Assembly (NCBI RefSeq): GCF_006345805.1
Contig: NC_043003.1
Span: forward strand, 72,602,001 to 72,666,000
Direction: 5' to 3'
DNA: 64,000 bases
DNA from: Octopus sinensis
Lineage: Eukaryota
Shown here: piece by piece, positions 27,101-41,751 of the stretch
Numbering within the stretch: position 1 is the stretch's first letter
How the letters are laid out: each line of letters opens with the position of its first letter
Position numbers and translations under genes: made by a program
The notes under the pieces: model-generated
What the model was told of the DNA's origin: nothing
Database searches by the model: none
What the model saw: the letters and a program-made list of their open reading frames with translations, nothing else

Positions 27101-29440
27101 TTCTCTACTACAAGGATTTCCCGATTAGGGATTATCACAGATACTTGATCACGGATCTGTAAAAAAACATCAAAACAACAATGAAAAGTAACTGATCAAT
27201 GAATACACACACACCATAAGTATATCGCCAATGTACTAAGAGACTGCTGTCTGACAGATTTACAGTTCATATTTGATAGTTTCACTGGCTAAGATACATC
27301 ACTCAGTGACACAAATCTCCCTTATCACAAATGGACCTATGAGCTGTTACAGACAATAGCATATAGTTACAACTACAGTACCAAACATCTCATTATATAT
27401 CATAGTAAAATTAATGAAGGTTTTCTTAGTTCACAGTGCTCTCATCAAATTTTCTCAAAGTGAAACTGCCAATATAGTACATTATTTACATTCGACGGAT
27501 ATTTGTCCTCATCTTGTTTGTTGTTAAGACAATGTTCGGCTGATATACCCTCCAGCCTTCATCAGGTGTCATGGGGAAATTTCGAACCTGGTATCTCATG
27601 CCTGAGGTATTTTTTTGATATTATTATTATCATTATTATTATTATTATTATGATTATTATTCAGGTCACTGTTTGGAATCAAGCTCGGAATCCTGAGGTT
27701 AGTAGCCCGCACTCTTAACCACTATGCCATATGCCCATGACCTGAATAATAATAATAATAATAATAAGGGATTCTTTGGGGTTTGAATAATTCACCTGAG
27801 GAAACAGACTTGGTCACCCAGGTAGCAGAAGCTATCAACTACTGCTAATTTCTCTTCACTGGCATGTGATGGAATATTCGGTGATTATTGCCCCTGTGTA
27901 TCTGCCTCACACAAAAACTATCTTCTCAGTTAACCTTCCTTTAATATTGCAGCACCTCTTATGTGTCCATAGCTTGCACTGGGTACATCTTATGGAGTTT
28001 CTACCTATGCCTTTTCTTCAGATCGAGCAGGGCCATCTACCTGAAGGGGGTTGTGATTTGTCTGCCTTTCTACTTACTAGGACTTTGGTTTTTACTAGAT
28101 TGACTCTAAGGCCCTTCAATTCTAGACCTTGCTTCCCCACTTGAAATTTCATCTCTAGTTCTGGTAGTGACTCAGCTATTAGAACAAGGTCATCAGCAGA
28201 GAGGAGCTCCAAGGGGCAGCTTGTCTTGAATTCCTCTGCTATTGCTTGGAGGGCTACGATGAGTAAGAGAGGACGAAGACTGATCTTTGGTGAAGCCCTA
28301 CTTCTAACCGGAATTCTTCACTATACTCGTTGCCAACCCTCACCTTCCTGATAGCATTGCTGTACAGCTCTTGTATTTAAGAGCAACCATGCATCCCGCT
28401 GACTGGTGAAAATGAAATCAATCTGCCTATCAGAGTCACCTGATTAATAGGTTATAAGGTGGCTGGCTTCCTGAAGTTGGTGTTGCAGATTAATAGGTTT
28501 CTTGCATCACAGAACCCCAGTAGCCTAGTTCCCTCTTCGTTTTGGGAACCAAATCTATGTCCGCCACGAACACCATGGAAGATAACAGAGTGCCATCCAA
28601 CATGCCCATTAAAATCTCCAGCCACAAAGATGAGGTCATTGTCACTCGTCTTTGAGGTAGTCTGTAGAAGAATATCATAAAAGTGGTCCTTCTGTTCATT
28701 TGGTAGGCCTGCTTGTAGGGCGTAGCAGAGATAATTGTAGCTATACTATTTTGCAAGACTAGCCTGAGCTTAAGCACTCTACTGCACATCCTGACAACAT
28801 CTATGAGCTTTTCTACCCATTTCTCCACAAGAAATATACCTACACCACCTACTCCATCACTGTTACCTTCCCAGAAGATTTTATACCTATGTGACTTGCT
28901 TGTGAGGACCCTGGCTGAAGCTCCTTTCCACCTTACCTCTTGTATGCAGCATACATCAACACATCTCTGTTCAAGCATCTTTACAATCTCACTAGACCTA
29001 CCTTTCAATGTGCCAACTCTAAAAACTGAGAAAAGGGTGTGGAAAGAAACATGGGAAGGAGAGATGTTATTTAGCACCTGAAAAGAAGGTTTCTGTGTTC
29101 GTTTGCAGATAAATAGGTTTCTTGCATCACAGAAGTCCAGTAGCCTAGTTCCCTCTTTGTTTTGGGAACCAAATCTATGTCCATCATGAACACCATGGAA
29201 AATACCAGATTGCCATCCAACATGCCTGCTTGTTCTCGCTTTTAACTTATCATCATTCAAACAATCAAGCATGTTAAAATTGTTGCCACTGCTGGGTGTT
29301 AGAGTAAGTGCTAGTGGCATTGTAAATATAAGCATTACTGGTGCTGCAGATATAAATATAAATAAATAAAAGTAAATATGAATATCAATATGCCAATGTT
29401 AGATTAAGTAAGTGGGCTGTTACTTGGTTGGATTAGTCCT

Positions 29441-29472
<32 letters not shown>

Positions 29473-30951
29473 AAGGAGGTGGAGGCAAGATTGCAGGTAT
29501 GATAGAAGAGACCACTAGAACAGGAGGGGATTTTCGGTGAGAGAAGTGTGATTTCCAATATTGGTGGTGGTGGTGGTGGTGGTGGTAGGAATGGCTAGGT
29601 GCACCGCAAACAAGAAAGGATTATTTTAGAGATATTATGAAAATAGTTAGCCAACATGAAAATACAAGGAGAAAAATGAAAACTAAGGCTTTATAGAGAT
29701 TTCAATTTGGAAGTTATATGAATAATTAAAAAGAAAAACTAAGGCTGAGAGAAATTACTATCTCTAAGTTATATTGAAGAGTCAATTCAAATAATTAGTT
29801 TACAAAAGTACATATTAGCAATAATGTGGGTTAGATGAATGAATGAATCAATCAATAAAAAAAAACATGGGAAGTATACTTAACAATGTCACAGTAGAGG
29901 AAGATGTTGGAATTAGGTGGAGTTCATCAGAAAACACAACCCCAGTTAGTCTGGTGTCCTCTATGGGTCACAACTCATTATAAGTGTGTTCACTGTAAAC
30001 TGAGCAAAGACTAAGCAACACAAACAAGAATGCAACCAATATAACAGTACCATACTGATACACTAACGATACTTACCCTACTGGCAAAGCAGATATAATT
30101 AAGTGAGAGATAGAGTCTACCACTGACATGTTGCTTGTTATAAGGAGTCCACAGCATGCAATCTGTGTCTCCATCCAGTTTCTCATGGGCTGGTAGGTGG
30201 AAGGCAGCCCTAGAAATACAAACATTGCAAGTCCAAATAAGGCATGCGATTAGGAATATAAGTAAAAAGAATCCACTATGACATGTCAAGGAATAAATGT
30301 TTAATAGAAGCTCCGATTTTACTGATACAATTTACAAGTTTCAATTGGAAAATCTTAGCTACTTTGATCTTTGATGAGTTTACTCTTGATTTTAAACATT
30401 GTTTCTATGTTTGACATATCTTCTTGAACTTTTTCACAGATTTGGCCAAGAGAAGTATGTTATGAGCATACAGATATTCCCACATACATGCAGATAGTTG
30501 CCCTGATAGACAAGTATCTGCATGCTAAATTCCTCACTGACTCATTGCTAACTTACATCTTGCAAATAAATAATTAAATTTAATAGTGCTTCATCAGCTA
30601 CTACATCTTTATACCTAAACAATTCAACAGATTTTTATATATACATATATATATATATATATAGATATATATATACAAATATTTCACTTGGGCATTGGAA
30701 CACTCATAAGCAGGTGTAGAACTCAATACACATACGATTCACAATGAAATGTTAATCAAATACAGAGCAGCAGTAATAAGAAAAAACAACAAAGGAATAA
30801 ATGATTATCTTATGAATTTCAATAGCTTCCAGCTGTTTCTGGTATCTCCAATAAAGCTACACGCTGTTATTTACACTCAACTATTTTCTCTTAGAAAAGA
30901 AATAGCTGTAAGCTAATGAAGTTCAGAAGATAATCATTAATTCTTTTGTCA

Positions 30952-30998
<47 letters not shown>

Positions 30999-33900
30999 GC
31001 AGCACAATTGCCCAGTGGTTAGGGTAGCGGACTCATGGTTTCGATTTCCAGACCGGGCGTTGTGTTTATTGAGCGAAAACACCTGAAGCTCCACAAGGCT
31101 CCGGCAGGGGGGGGGGCGATCCCTGCTGTACTCTTTCATCACAACTTTCTCTCACTCTTTCTTATGTTGGCCAGCTCGCTTAGCCAGCGGGGTGGCGTCA
31201 TTTGAAGGCTAAAACAATGCGAAGCGCATTGTGACCAGTGATGTGTAGCAACATCTGATAGCCTGGTCGGTGATATATATATATATATATGTATATATAT
31301 AATATACCTATTAAGCCACAGTTGGAGAACCATTTCCAACCTGTCCCTGCCTCTAACGAATAGCAGCATAATCAAAGGCAAGGTGGAGTAGTAGGTAACT
31401 GTGAATTAATATATAAAGTTATCTTCAAACCACAAACCATGTGCCGTATATCACTCAATTTATTTTCAAACAACCAGATCTGTCATAAATGTTACACAAT
31501 ATAAAAAAAAAATCAGTATTAACTCACCGAAAAGCTTCACTGCGAGCCTTGGCATCTAAATCTCTTTTCAGCAGTGATATTTTCCTGGAAGCTCTTTTCC
31601 TGGAACAACACAATGTTAGATAGAGAAACAGGAAAAAATAAAAAACAATTTTAAGGCTGCTAAATATGCTTGATTAGTACTGCTGATACCACAACTACTA
31701 CTACCACCACCATTACTACTATTACTGCTGCTGCAACAGCAATAATGGTAGTAGAGGATAGAGATCAATAGTGAACCAGGAAAAATGGCTTGTAACAATT
31801 TTATCCCCTAATGTTCAGAGTTAAAATCATTCTGAGATTGACATTACCTTGCATTCTTCGAAGGGTTGATAGAAGTACCATTTAACTATTGGCATTGATT
31901 TCGTTGTCTCTAACTACAGCCTCCACACTAATGCATCATTTTAAATCCATGAGAGAAACTATCATTATTAATGTGTTATTATTATGTTATTTCTTCATAA
32001 AATACCAGATGACTTACAGTATCTATTTACAGTTCAAATTCCACTAACGTCAACAGTCTCTATAACATTCATAGAGTTGATAAAATAATTGTCAAGCATG
32101 CATTGGTGTTAATTAATCAATAAATGTTAAGTCTTAAAAAAACATTCTTGTTAAGCATTGTTCCTTTTTAAATCAAGCCTCAATGCTTTAATATAAGAAT
32201 ACTATAGTAGATAAACAAAAACTATGAAAATAGTTTTGTATTAGTTACACACATGTGGCCAATTCTGATTCCCACATTTAACAATACACATAGTGTGTAT
32301 TTATAACTTGTCACCCAGTTGCATGACACCACTTGGCCTTTCCATGTAAACAGAGATAGGACCGGGGTATTTTAATTCATTCATTCATTACATTTATTTT
32401 CTTGCTAAAGAAACTGTTTATAGTTGAATGATCTTCCAAACTGCTAATCACTTAAATGCAAAGTAAGAGTAGAACATGTCTTTTTTGTCAACCAAGCATA
32501 TTAAAGAATGGATGTAATGTCTGCAGTAAAACCATGAAGTTAGTTTTCCAGCCAAAACACACAATCTACAGTAAAACTATGTGGTCAGTTATCCAGCCAG
32601 AACACAAGTAAAAATGTGGTAAATAGTCCATCCACAACACAATGTGGAAAGACAATGTGCTTAGTTATCCAGCACCTTAAACTGAAAAACATTAAAATAT
32701 AAACAGTTCCCCTTGTAAAAACAAATAAAATTGTACAACAAAACCCCATAACTTACTTTGTTCTGTGTGTCAACATTTTGTCCTCTTCAAACCCCACTTC
32801 AGACATTAACCTAGAATTTAGACAGTGAGAGAGATAATGTAAAAACAACAAATCAATAAGATGATTTCTTTTTTAAATGATAAACATGGAATCTTGTAAA
32901 ATAGTGACCACAGAATCTTACAGAAGTTAAATCTGGAAACACTGAGGTATGGAATAAATTCCTGTTCTTGACAAACTCATATGTCATTACTGAGACAAGA
33001 AATAAGACTAGGCATAAGGTTGGTTGTCAGACAGCTAAAGTTGATTATAATTAATCAAAAACAAATTTTGAAACCATTAAGACAAACACTGCAAAACAAA
33101 GTCACACCACATGACAGCACGACTTCACCCGAAGATGCCAGTCGGCAGGCTGGTACTTGAGGGTCACATCAAGTGGCTTCTAGTGGTGGAAGCCTGAACT
33201 ACAACGAGTTTGTCCCACAGAGAAAGTTTCTGGTTACTTTTGGGTACCCCCTTGTATAACTCCATTGTATAACTCCATTGGATCCTGCAAATCACCACAA
33301 TGACAACTCTCATACCTCTAGTTCATAAAATGTTTGTCAAACCAATTTATGGAGAAAAAGGAGCTCCAGAGCACATATGGAATTTGTCACTTAAAATTTT
33401 ATGTGCAATGTGATTGAACTTTCAATCCAAAACTAGTGAAACATTTAACTAATAACGACACAGGGTTCAATAACTGGCAAAATCTCATGTGATGGATATT
33501 TTAACCAGTCACAACAAATTAGTGTAGTGAGCCAATAGTTACATGAATGCTACATATATAAACAAAACTTGATGCTCTTTTATGCAACAATGAAACTTGT
33601 TTTCAGTTTGTAAACTGATAGCAACAGTTATTACAGAATGGTGTTGGAGGTTGAAGCCAAAAGATGGTTATTATGGAAACTTAGAAATAATCCAGTAAAA
33701 ATAATCTTCAGTAGAATGTCTTAGAAATCAATAAGAAACTGTACATTTGGTACATAATACAACTTGAGAGTTGTTAATTCCAGATCACCTCTAATCTGGC
33801 AGCAGACCTATGATCAAAGACATTTCAGCTATGATCATCTTGTCATTGAGGTGTATCTAGGACTATGTTATCTAATGTTTATCAAATACACACATACATA

Positions 33901-34524
33901 CACAGAACAACAATCACTATCATCAACAACAACAAAATAGAAAAGGCCTATACTGAGACAGATACCCTGATGCAGGGAGAATACTAGTGATGTCAAGTGT
34001 CTGTAAAATATAGACATACATGAGCAAGTACAAACAAACATGGGTACATGTGCATACATAAACTAATGAGACAAAATACTGGCATAGACAGATAGAGAGA
34101 GAGTTGATCAGGTAGAGCCAATACTTACTGTTTCATTGCCATATTAGTTAGCTGCTCCATCAGCCTGAAGGTTTCGGAACTGTGTAGCAACATTGAGAAG
34201 TAGTGCTGCAAGGAACATATAAACTAGCTATTAAAAGTACACACACACACATTAATTATAGTAATACCTTACTGGTTATAATGCATTCTACTACTGAAAA
34301 ACACACCTCAGATATATATATATATATATAGTTAATCCAAACAAGAAAGCACAAAAAAACACAACAACGTGAGGACGTGGAACAAATATAGTATTATTGG
34401 ACGCTCAGGAAAGAAGGAGGGTTTAACATTTCAAGCGGAGCTCTTCGTTGGAAACATAGGAGAAGGAAAGATCCAGAGAAGGGAAGACAGAGGAAAAAAA
34501 ATCGCCAACGGTACACACGTGGTA

Positions 34525-34555
<31 letters not shown>

Positions 34556-37202
34556 TGTGTGTGTAAACAGAGGGATGGATGGGGAGAGAGAGAGAGAGAT
34601 CCTCAATTTACATTTGCTTTCTATGCCGGCACAAACTGGATAGGAAATGTTATACCACTAGCATACATAACTGGCATGTGTATGTGTATGGTGGGTTCTA
34701 CTAAAGGGCAGACATAGGCATAGTCATATATATAACTGCATGTCTTGTGTATGCATTTATTCCCTTTCTGACTGAAGTATTAGTTCTGTCATAACCAGCT
34801 GCCTGCCCAATAGTGGTAATGTTGTAATAAAAATATATTGTTCAAAAATAAATTAAAATTAAATTTATAATAGAAAGAGTCTTGTGCTTTCTGCAATCTT
34901 GAGCATAGCTCTTCATTCTTTAAATTTTAAATTCTTGAAGATATTTATTTTCTTAGATATCACAAACAGATGTGGTCTATAAGTTATAGATTTGCTTTCA
35001 TCTTCCAACAATCCAAGTTCACCCGTAAATTGATCCAGACATATGGGGTATAAGACAGCAAATAGAGTTGTTACTTCTGTTTTGCAGTAATCATCTTGAC
35101 TTATACACTGAGGAGAAATCCCAAGCTCAGCTTTGCTTTTCATCCTTTCATCCTCAATGAAATATTCGATCTGCTGTACATTAATTCCCCCTCCTTGTCT
35201 TGCTCTTTCTTTTAGTTTGTCTTTCTGCCTATGTCTCATCCTGGAAAAAAAAATGCTGTGGCCAAGTGTAGAAAGGGATGGACTATGCCAGATATTATCC
35301 AAAACAAGCTGGTATGTCATGGTGGCATCCCCATGACTCTCTCAAGGAGTTGAGGGCCCAAAGCAAGACAAGTCATATGAATTACAGAATTGTATTCTTT
35401 CACAAGAATCCTAGTCATGCTTTGATTTGACATAGATTGAAACATATTATTCCTGTTGCTTCAATAATAATAATAATTGGTTGAGGAATTAAGCAGAAAG
35501 AGTAATTTTAAGTAAAGAATATGTAAATGCATCAATGGTCCAAATATATTTTTTGGTTTGTATATACTTATGCATATATGGACACATAGCTATGTGGTCA
35601 AGGCATTCATATCACAGTTACGTGATCCTACAGTTTGACCCTCCTGCACTGCGCCTTCAGCAAGTCCTTTTTCGTCATGGCCTTGGCTTGTGAGGGAAAC
35701 TGAATAAATAGAAACTGTGTGGAAGCCTTAAGATGATGTACTTATAACTGTTAAACTGAGTCTATCTGCAGATAACATTAAAGGTAGAGGTGTCTGTGGA
35801 ATGCTCAGCCACTTATACTATAATGCAGAAAGAAGGTAATTCTATTGATTAAACAACTAGAATCCTCTCATAGGAATCAACAAGAGAAAACATGCATGCA
35901 TGCAAGTTTTCATTAGCCAACACAAATACTGATCTAATAATTTATGTCTATCTATGTCTTCACTATGAAGTAGTGGTAGTAGTGATGGAGTGAATAAAAG
36001 AGAAAAATTGTTTGAATCAAAAACATGACACCATATATGTATGTATATGTGTGTATGCTTGTTACAGCATGTGAGCAGGGGTGCTATGATGGTGTCTGTT
36101 TGTCCATGTTAATGTGTGTGTTTTGGATACTTCAATTAGAGAAAAATCAAAGAATAAAGTATAAAGAGGTAAACTGACTACTTACGTCTCCTTCCCTTGT
36201 TGATACCTTGACACTGTCAGGGAAAACCATATTGTTGCCACGGTCAAGTTTCTACAAACAGTAAATAAATTATGTAAATAAATAAAAATATAAAATATTT
36301 TATAAAAGAATTGCCAGGGAGAAAGGAGAGATGCAGATTTTTGTGAATCAGGAACCTGTTGAAGACTTCAGCAACATCACTAACCTGGGCAGCATTATTA
36401 CTACAGAGGGGGATACTGAGTCAGATGCCAACTCCAGAACTAGGCATACAGCAGTAGTGTTCAAAGGAATGGACAAGATCTGAGCCAGCACTTAACTAGT
36501 AAACACAGAAAGATTCCAATGTACCACAGCATTGTCCTGGCAACAGCAGTTGACACAGGAGAACATGGGAAATTGGTGGCCAAGATCAAGCAGAGGCTGA
36601 AAGCATTCAAAATACTCTCAAGATCACAAACACTGAAGCCCTGATAAGAGCTAATCTGCACAGCCTGCAGGAGATTGTGGCAGAAAGAAAGTAAGACTTG
36701 CAGATTATGTCTTCCAATTGCCAGTAGAAATACTTAAGACAGCTAAACAATGGGTACCGCTAGAAGAATGAAGGAAGAGAAGAGAAGAGAGACCCAAAAG
36801 GTCATGACATACCACCTTCAAAGAAGATCTGAAGCAACTTAGCATCACTTGGCAAAATGCAGACAACTATGCACAGAACCAGAATGATTTGAGATGTCTT
36901 GCTGCCAGGTACACAGGCAGGAACTAAGACTAAGATTATGTGTATGCGTGTGTATATATATATATATATATATACTCTTTTACTCTTTACTCTTTTACTT
37001 GTTTCAGTCATTTGACTGCGGCCATGCTGGAGCACCGCCTTTAATCGAGCAACTCGACCCCGGGACTTATTGTTTTGTAAGCCCAGTACTTATTCTATCA
37101 GTTTCTTTTGCCGAACCGCTAAGTAACGGGGACATAAACACACCAGCATCGGTTGTCAAGCAATGCTAGGGGGACAAACATAGACACACAAACACACACA
37201 CG

Positions 37203-37250
<48 letters not shown>

Positions 37251-39685
37251 TACGACGGGCTTCTTTCAGTTTCCGTCCACCAAATCCACTCACAAGGCTT
37301 TGGTTGGCCCGAGGCTATAGTAGAAGACACTTGCCCAAGGTGCCACGCAGTGGGACTGAACCCGGAACCATGTGGTTGGTAAACAAGCTACTTACCACAC
37401 AGCCACTCCTGCGCCTATAATATATATATTATATATTATCTTTTATTTTCTACTCATTTCGGTCATAAACTGAAGCTATGTTGGGGCACTGCCTTGAAGA
37501 ATCTTTAGTCAAATGAACTGACCGCAGTACTTATTCTATTAGCCTCGTTTGCCAAATCACTATGTTGCAGGGGCATAAACACACGAACACTGGTTGTCAA
37601 GCAGTGGTGGGGGACAAACAGACACAAAGACACACACACACACATATATGCATAATCGATGCCTTTCAGCTTCTGTCTACCAAATCCATTCACAATGCTT
37701 TGATTGGATCAAGGCTTGCCCAAGGTGCTATGCACATACACACACACATAAAATATGAAAGTAAAGAATTGAGTTACCGTGACATCTGTCCACCGAATGA
37801 TCAACTTGGCTTCCTTTCCCATCAGGTAGGAGTAGAAAGAAATATGATTGATGCTCAAGTACATCCATCCCTGCCGTGGAACTTTTCCTTTCCAGTAACT
37901 ACAGGAATAGTCTGGGAAGATGAAAGAGAAGAGTTAGAATGAAATACCAGAGACAAGGAGATGGTCAATCATAAAACATGGCATGACAGATACTAAAATA
38001 CTCAGAGACGTAGCACTTATGAGATACTTTTAACATTGATGAGTTCTAACTTTGACAAAAGGACACTAAATTGATCCTAATACAATATAGATTACTACTG
38101 GGAAAAGAAACAGGCATAGAAGGACTGGAAGCGTGATGGTAACAGGAAACTGTATCAGATCGCCAGAAGGGAAGCTAGGAGACAAGTTTACTTAGCTAGA
38201 GAAGCAGATAAGTAAAAAATATGGCAATGTTCTGCATCATGAGGACCAGAGACTTGAAGTGTTTTGTATTGCAAGACAGTATGTGAGAGAGAATCATGAT
38301 GTCATAGGAGGGAAATGTGTCCACATGGATGATGGCTCACTGGCATTTAATGATGCTGCAAAGAGAGACACTTGGAGATGCCACTATGAAAGGTTGCTAA
38401 ATGAAGAGAATGAATGGGAGAAAGAGAGTCTGCTAAATGTCGACCCGACAGAGGGACCATCTATTCGAATTGACAGTACCTTGGTAGATAAAGCAATTAA
38501 CAGTATGAAAACAGGGAAAGTCCCCAGCCCATCAGTGATCACTACTGAGATGCTTAAAATATCTGGTGGTGTAGGCTGTAGTCTAGTCACCCATACAGTT
38601 AACTAGATAATACATGAAGGAGTTATGCTCACTGACTAGTGTAGTAGCACCTCAGTTGACTGCTACAAAGGTAAAGGTGATGCATTAAATATGATTAATT
38701 ACAGAGGTATCAAACTGTTGGATCAGGTGATGAAAGTCACAGGGACGGTCATAGCCAAACTAATTAGAGAAAGAGCTAGTCTAGATGATTGCAGTTTGGG
38801 TCTGTGCCAGGGAGAAGCACCACTGACACTATATTTCTGGTGAGACAGCTGCAGAAGAAATTCCTAGCCAAAGGTAAACTTCTCTACTTGGCTTTCATTG
38901 ACATGGAGAAAGCATTTGACAGGGTCTTCCATCCCTTATCTCATGAATGTCACATACATACTGTATAGACTGACCTAAAATGACAGCTGGAAAAAATATT
39001 ACTGATAATACTACAAAAACCATCCAAATATAATCTTTCTCCTTCTCTTTGCATTTCTTAACTAATCAAACATCAAATTATTATATACATATAACTACAG
39101 AACAAATACATTGCACAAACTAGATTATACACCAACATCATTAGAGTGAGTTATGGAAACCACACTAATCTGGAACATCCTTGGATTATATTAAATAAAC
39201 TAAACTTACAATTGACCAGTTTTTCTTCCTTGGGCATGTTGAAAAGTTTATGGAACTTCCGAGTGGCAGCTTTAAATCTCTCTGTTTCATCGTCAACTGG
39301 AAATATTTAAAACAAAGAATAATTTGCTAATTAAATATAATAAAATAGCAGCTGAATTGTCCTGCAAAAACTAGTGTGCAATAAAAGTAATTCTTTTTCT
39401 TTCTTAAAATATACTTAAAAGATTGACCAAAAGGTGCAAAAATCACATGGTCACTGACAAAATTCCGTGCTGCATCATGCGATGCAGCATGGAATTTTGT
39501 CAGCGAACAGGTCGCAGTCTCAAAGCCCCAAAAATATTTTGAGAAATTAAATTTAAATGTTGAAGCGAATCTAACGGATTTTGTGTGTTTCTTAAATGGC
39601 TTATAACACTTTCCACACTGCAATTGTTTTCGTTCCAGCACACGATCTCAGATCAGGTCACTTGCTATGCAAGTACATCTCCGTA

Positions 39686-39716
<31 letters not shown>

Positions 39717-39890
39717 AATATATATATATATATATTTATATATCAACTAATGAGGGTGAGAAAATTGGATACTAATTTAATAGTGTATCCATTTAACACC
39801 AAGTGGCTTAGTGCATAGAAAACCCGGATTACGATAAATTTTATACATAAATATAAGAGAGTAACCACCATGGTGGTTACTCTCTTATAT

Positions 39891-39921
<31 letters not shown>

Positions 39922-39997
39922 AATATACATATATGTGTGTGTGTGTATATATATATATATATTATAAATATATGTATGTATATATATATATATATAC

Positions 39998-40028
<31 letters not shown>

Positions 40029-41501
40029 TTTCTAAGATTACATTCTTTGGAAGCAATTGCTAATAAGAAACATTGGAAGACTATTACCATCTTTGGAGTT
40101 GTCTCTGTTGGCAAGAATGCTTTCCACTTTACATTTGACAAATTCTGTGGCATCTTCTTCATTTTCAAATGCACCTGCAAATATAAAACATAATTATAAT
40201 AATGTTTCTAATTGAAGCTGAAAGACCAGTCATTTTGAGGGGAGATGATTTGTTGTTTAAATTATCCCAGTATTTGACTGGTATTTTATCAATGTTGGAG
40301 GGGTGAAAGCAAAGTTTACTTCAGTAGAATTTAAGCTCACAATGTAAACAGTTGGAGTAAATACTACAAAGCATTTCCTCCTATGTTCTAATGATGCTGC
40401 CACTCCACTACAGCAGCAACAACAATAACAACAATTAAAATAATGTTTTCTAACTCAGGCACAAATAGCGAAGGAAGAGTGGAGGAGAGGATACAGTTAA
40501 CTATATCTATGCCATTACTCAACTGGTATTTGATTTTATAGATCTGGGATGGATGAAAAGTAAAATTCACACAAGCAACATTTGAGCAAAAAGGTAAATA
40601 ACCAAACACCACATGGCATCATTTCAGCAACTGCTCTACTGATTTTGATATTCACTGCTCTAATAGCCACAACAATAACAACAACAGTCTCTAATTTAGG
40701 CATACGGCCAGCAAGTTTGAGGGTGGGTAGTTGATTACATTGATCTTAGGACTTCACCAATACTTTATTTTTCCAACTATGAAACAATGAAAGGCAAAAT
40801 TGATCCATGATTATTTGAACACAGAAAGTAAGGAGCCAGAAAAACCACTGCAAAGCCTTTGAATCTCTAACAATTCTGCTAGTTCACCAATGTTTATGAC
40901 AATAATTTATAATGATAACATTAACTCATTTGCATGCAGCAAAACTGATTTCGCCATTGGTCCAAGACTCCAAATTTACAAGAAATAAATACTGTCAATT
41001 AGTCAGACTCCAACACATTACAGTTATATATTTTATCAACCTTGGTATGAAAGACACTATGAACTTTAGCTGGGATGCAAATGCATACTGTAAGATATAT
41101 GTATGATTTCTGTTCTACTGTTTCTGCTATGCCATTGACTTCAAAGTAATAGCAATAGTGATCATCATCCTCATCATCACCACTGCTGCCATCATCTCAT
41201 TTTATCAGGCTTTTGCAACAGAGAAACTTCGTTTGGTAAGAAATAGTGTGGCAAGAGATGATAATGACAATGAGAGATGAAGTTTAAAAGGAAGTGGTTC
41301 CAGTGGGGGAGGAGGTAACTGGTAAAACAAAAAAGAGGAATGAAATATGTGTCAACTCTACTTTCAGATGATTAATGCAGCTGAATGGTGCTTTGGAAGA
41401 GTGATGGAGGGATAGGTGTTAGGAAGATGAGATGAGAAGGAGGGGATATGCATGATGTGGGTAGATTGGATGCAGGGCCCAAAATGAACAGGCATAAGAC
41501 T

Positions 41502-41538
<37 letters not shown>

Positions 41539-41717
41539 CATAATTAAATTTCAGAATGAGATTGAAACAGTAATCGCTTGATAATGTAAAGTATAGAAGC
41601 CATCTTATCATGGCTAACCACGTTGGGGAGGGGGTGTTAGATAAAACTACAGTAACACCCCCCCCAATGTGGTTAGCCATGATAAGATGGCTTCTATACT
41701 TTACATTATATATATAT

Positions 41718-41751
<34 letters not shown>

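Noticed and set aside
27661-27736. Genuine tRNA-Ser gene
   Set aside because: Acceptor and T stems do not pair and the B-box is degenerate; it is the head of a repeat. The same applies to the tRNA-like heads at 19310, 22955, 30998, 52364, 54712 and 59817.
34913-35320. 135-aa minus-strand ORF as a nested host gene
   Set aside because: No supporting splice structure or recognisable domain. A GGG...YRP spacing hints at a decayed LINE endonuclease, but too weakly to annotate.
37562-37942. Plus-strand ORFs overlapping exons (also 11533, 24173, 39870)
   Set aside because: Antisense shadows of TBC1D9 exons or SINE read-through.
39726-39830. Hammerhead-like CTAATGA...GAAA upstream of the 48-bp palindrome
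   Set aside because: The core is mutated and no closing stem II, stem I or cleavage triplet could be assigned.
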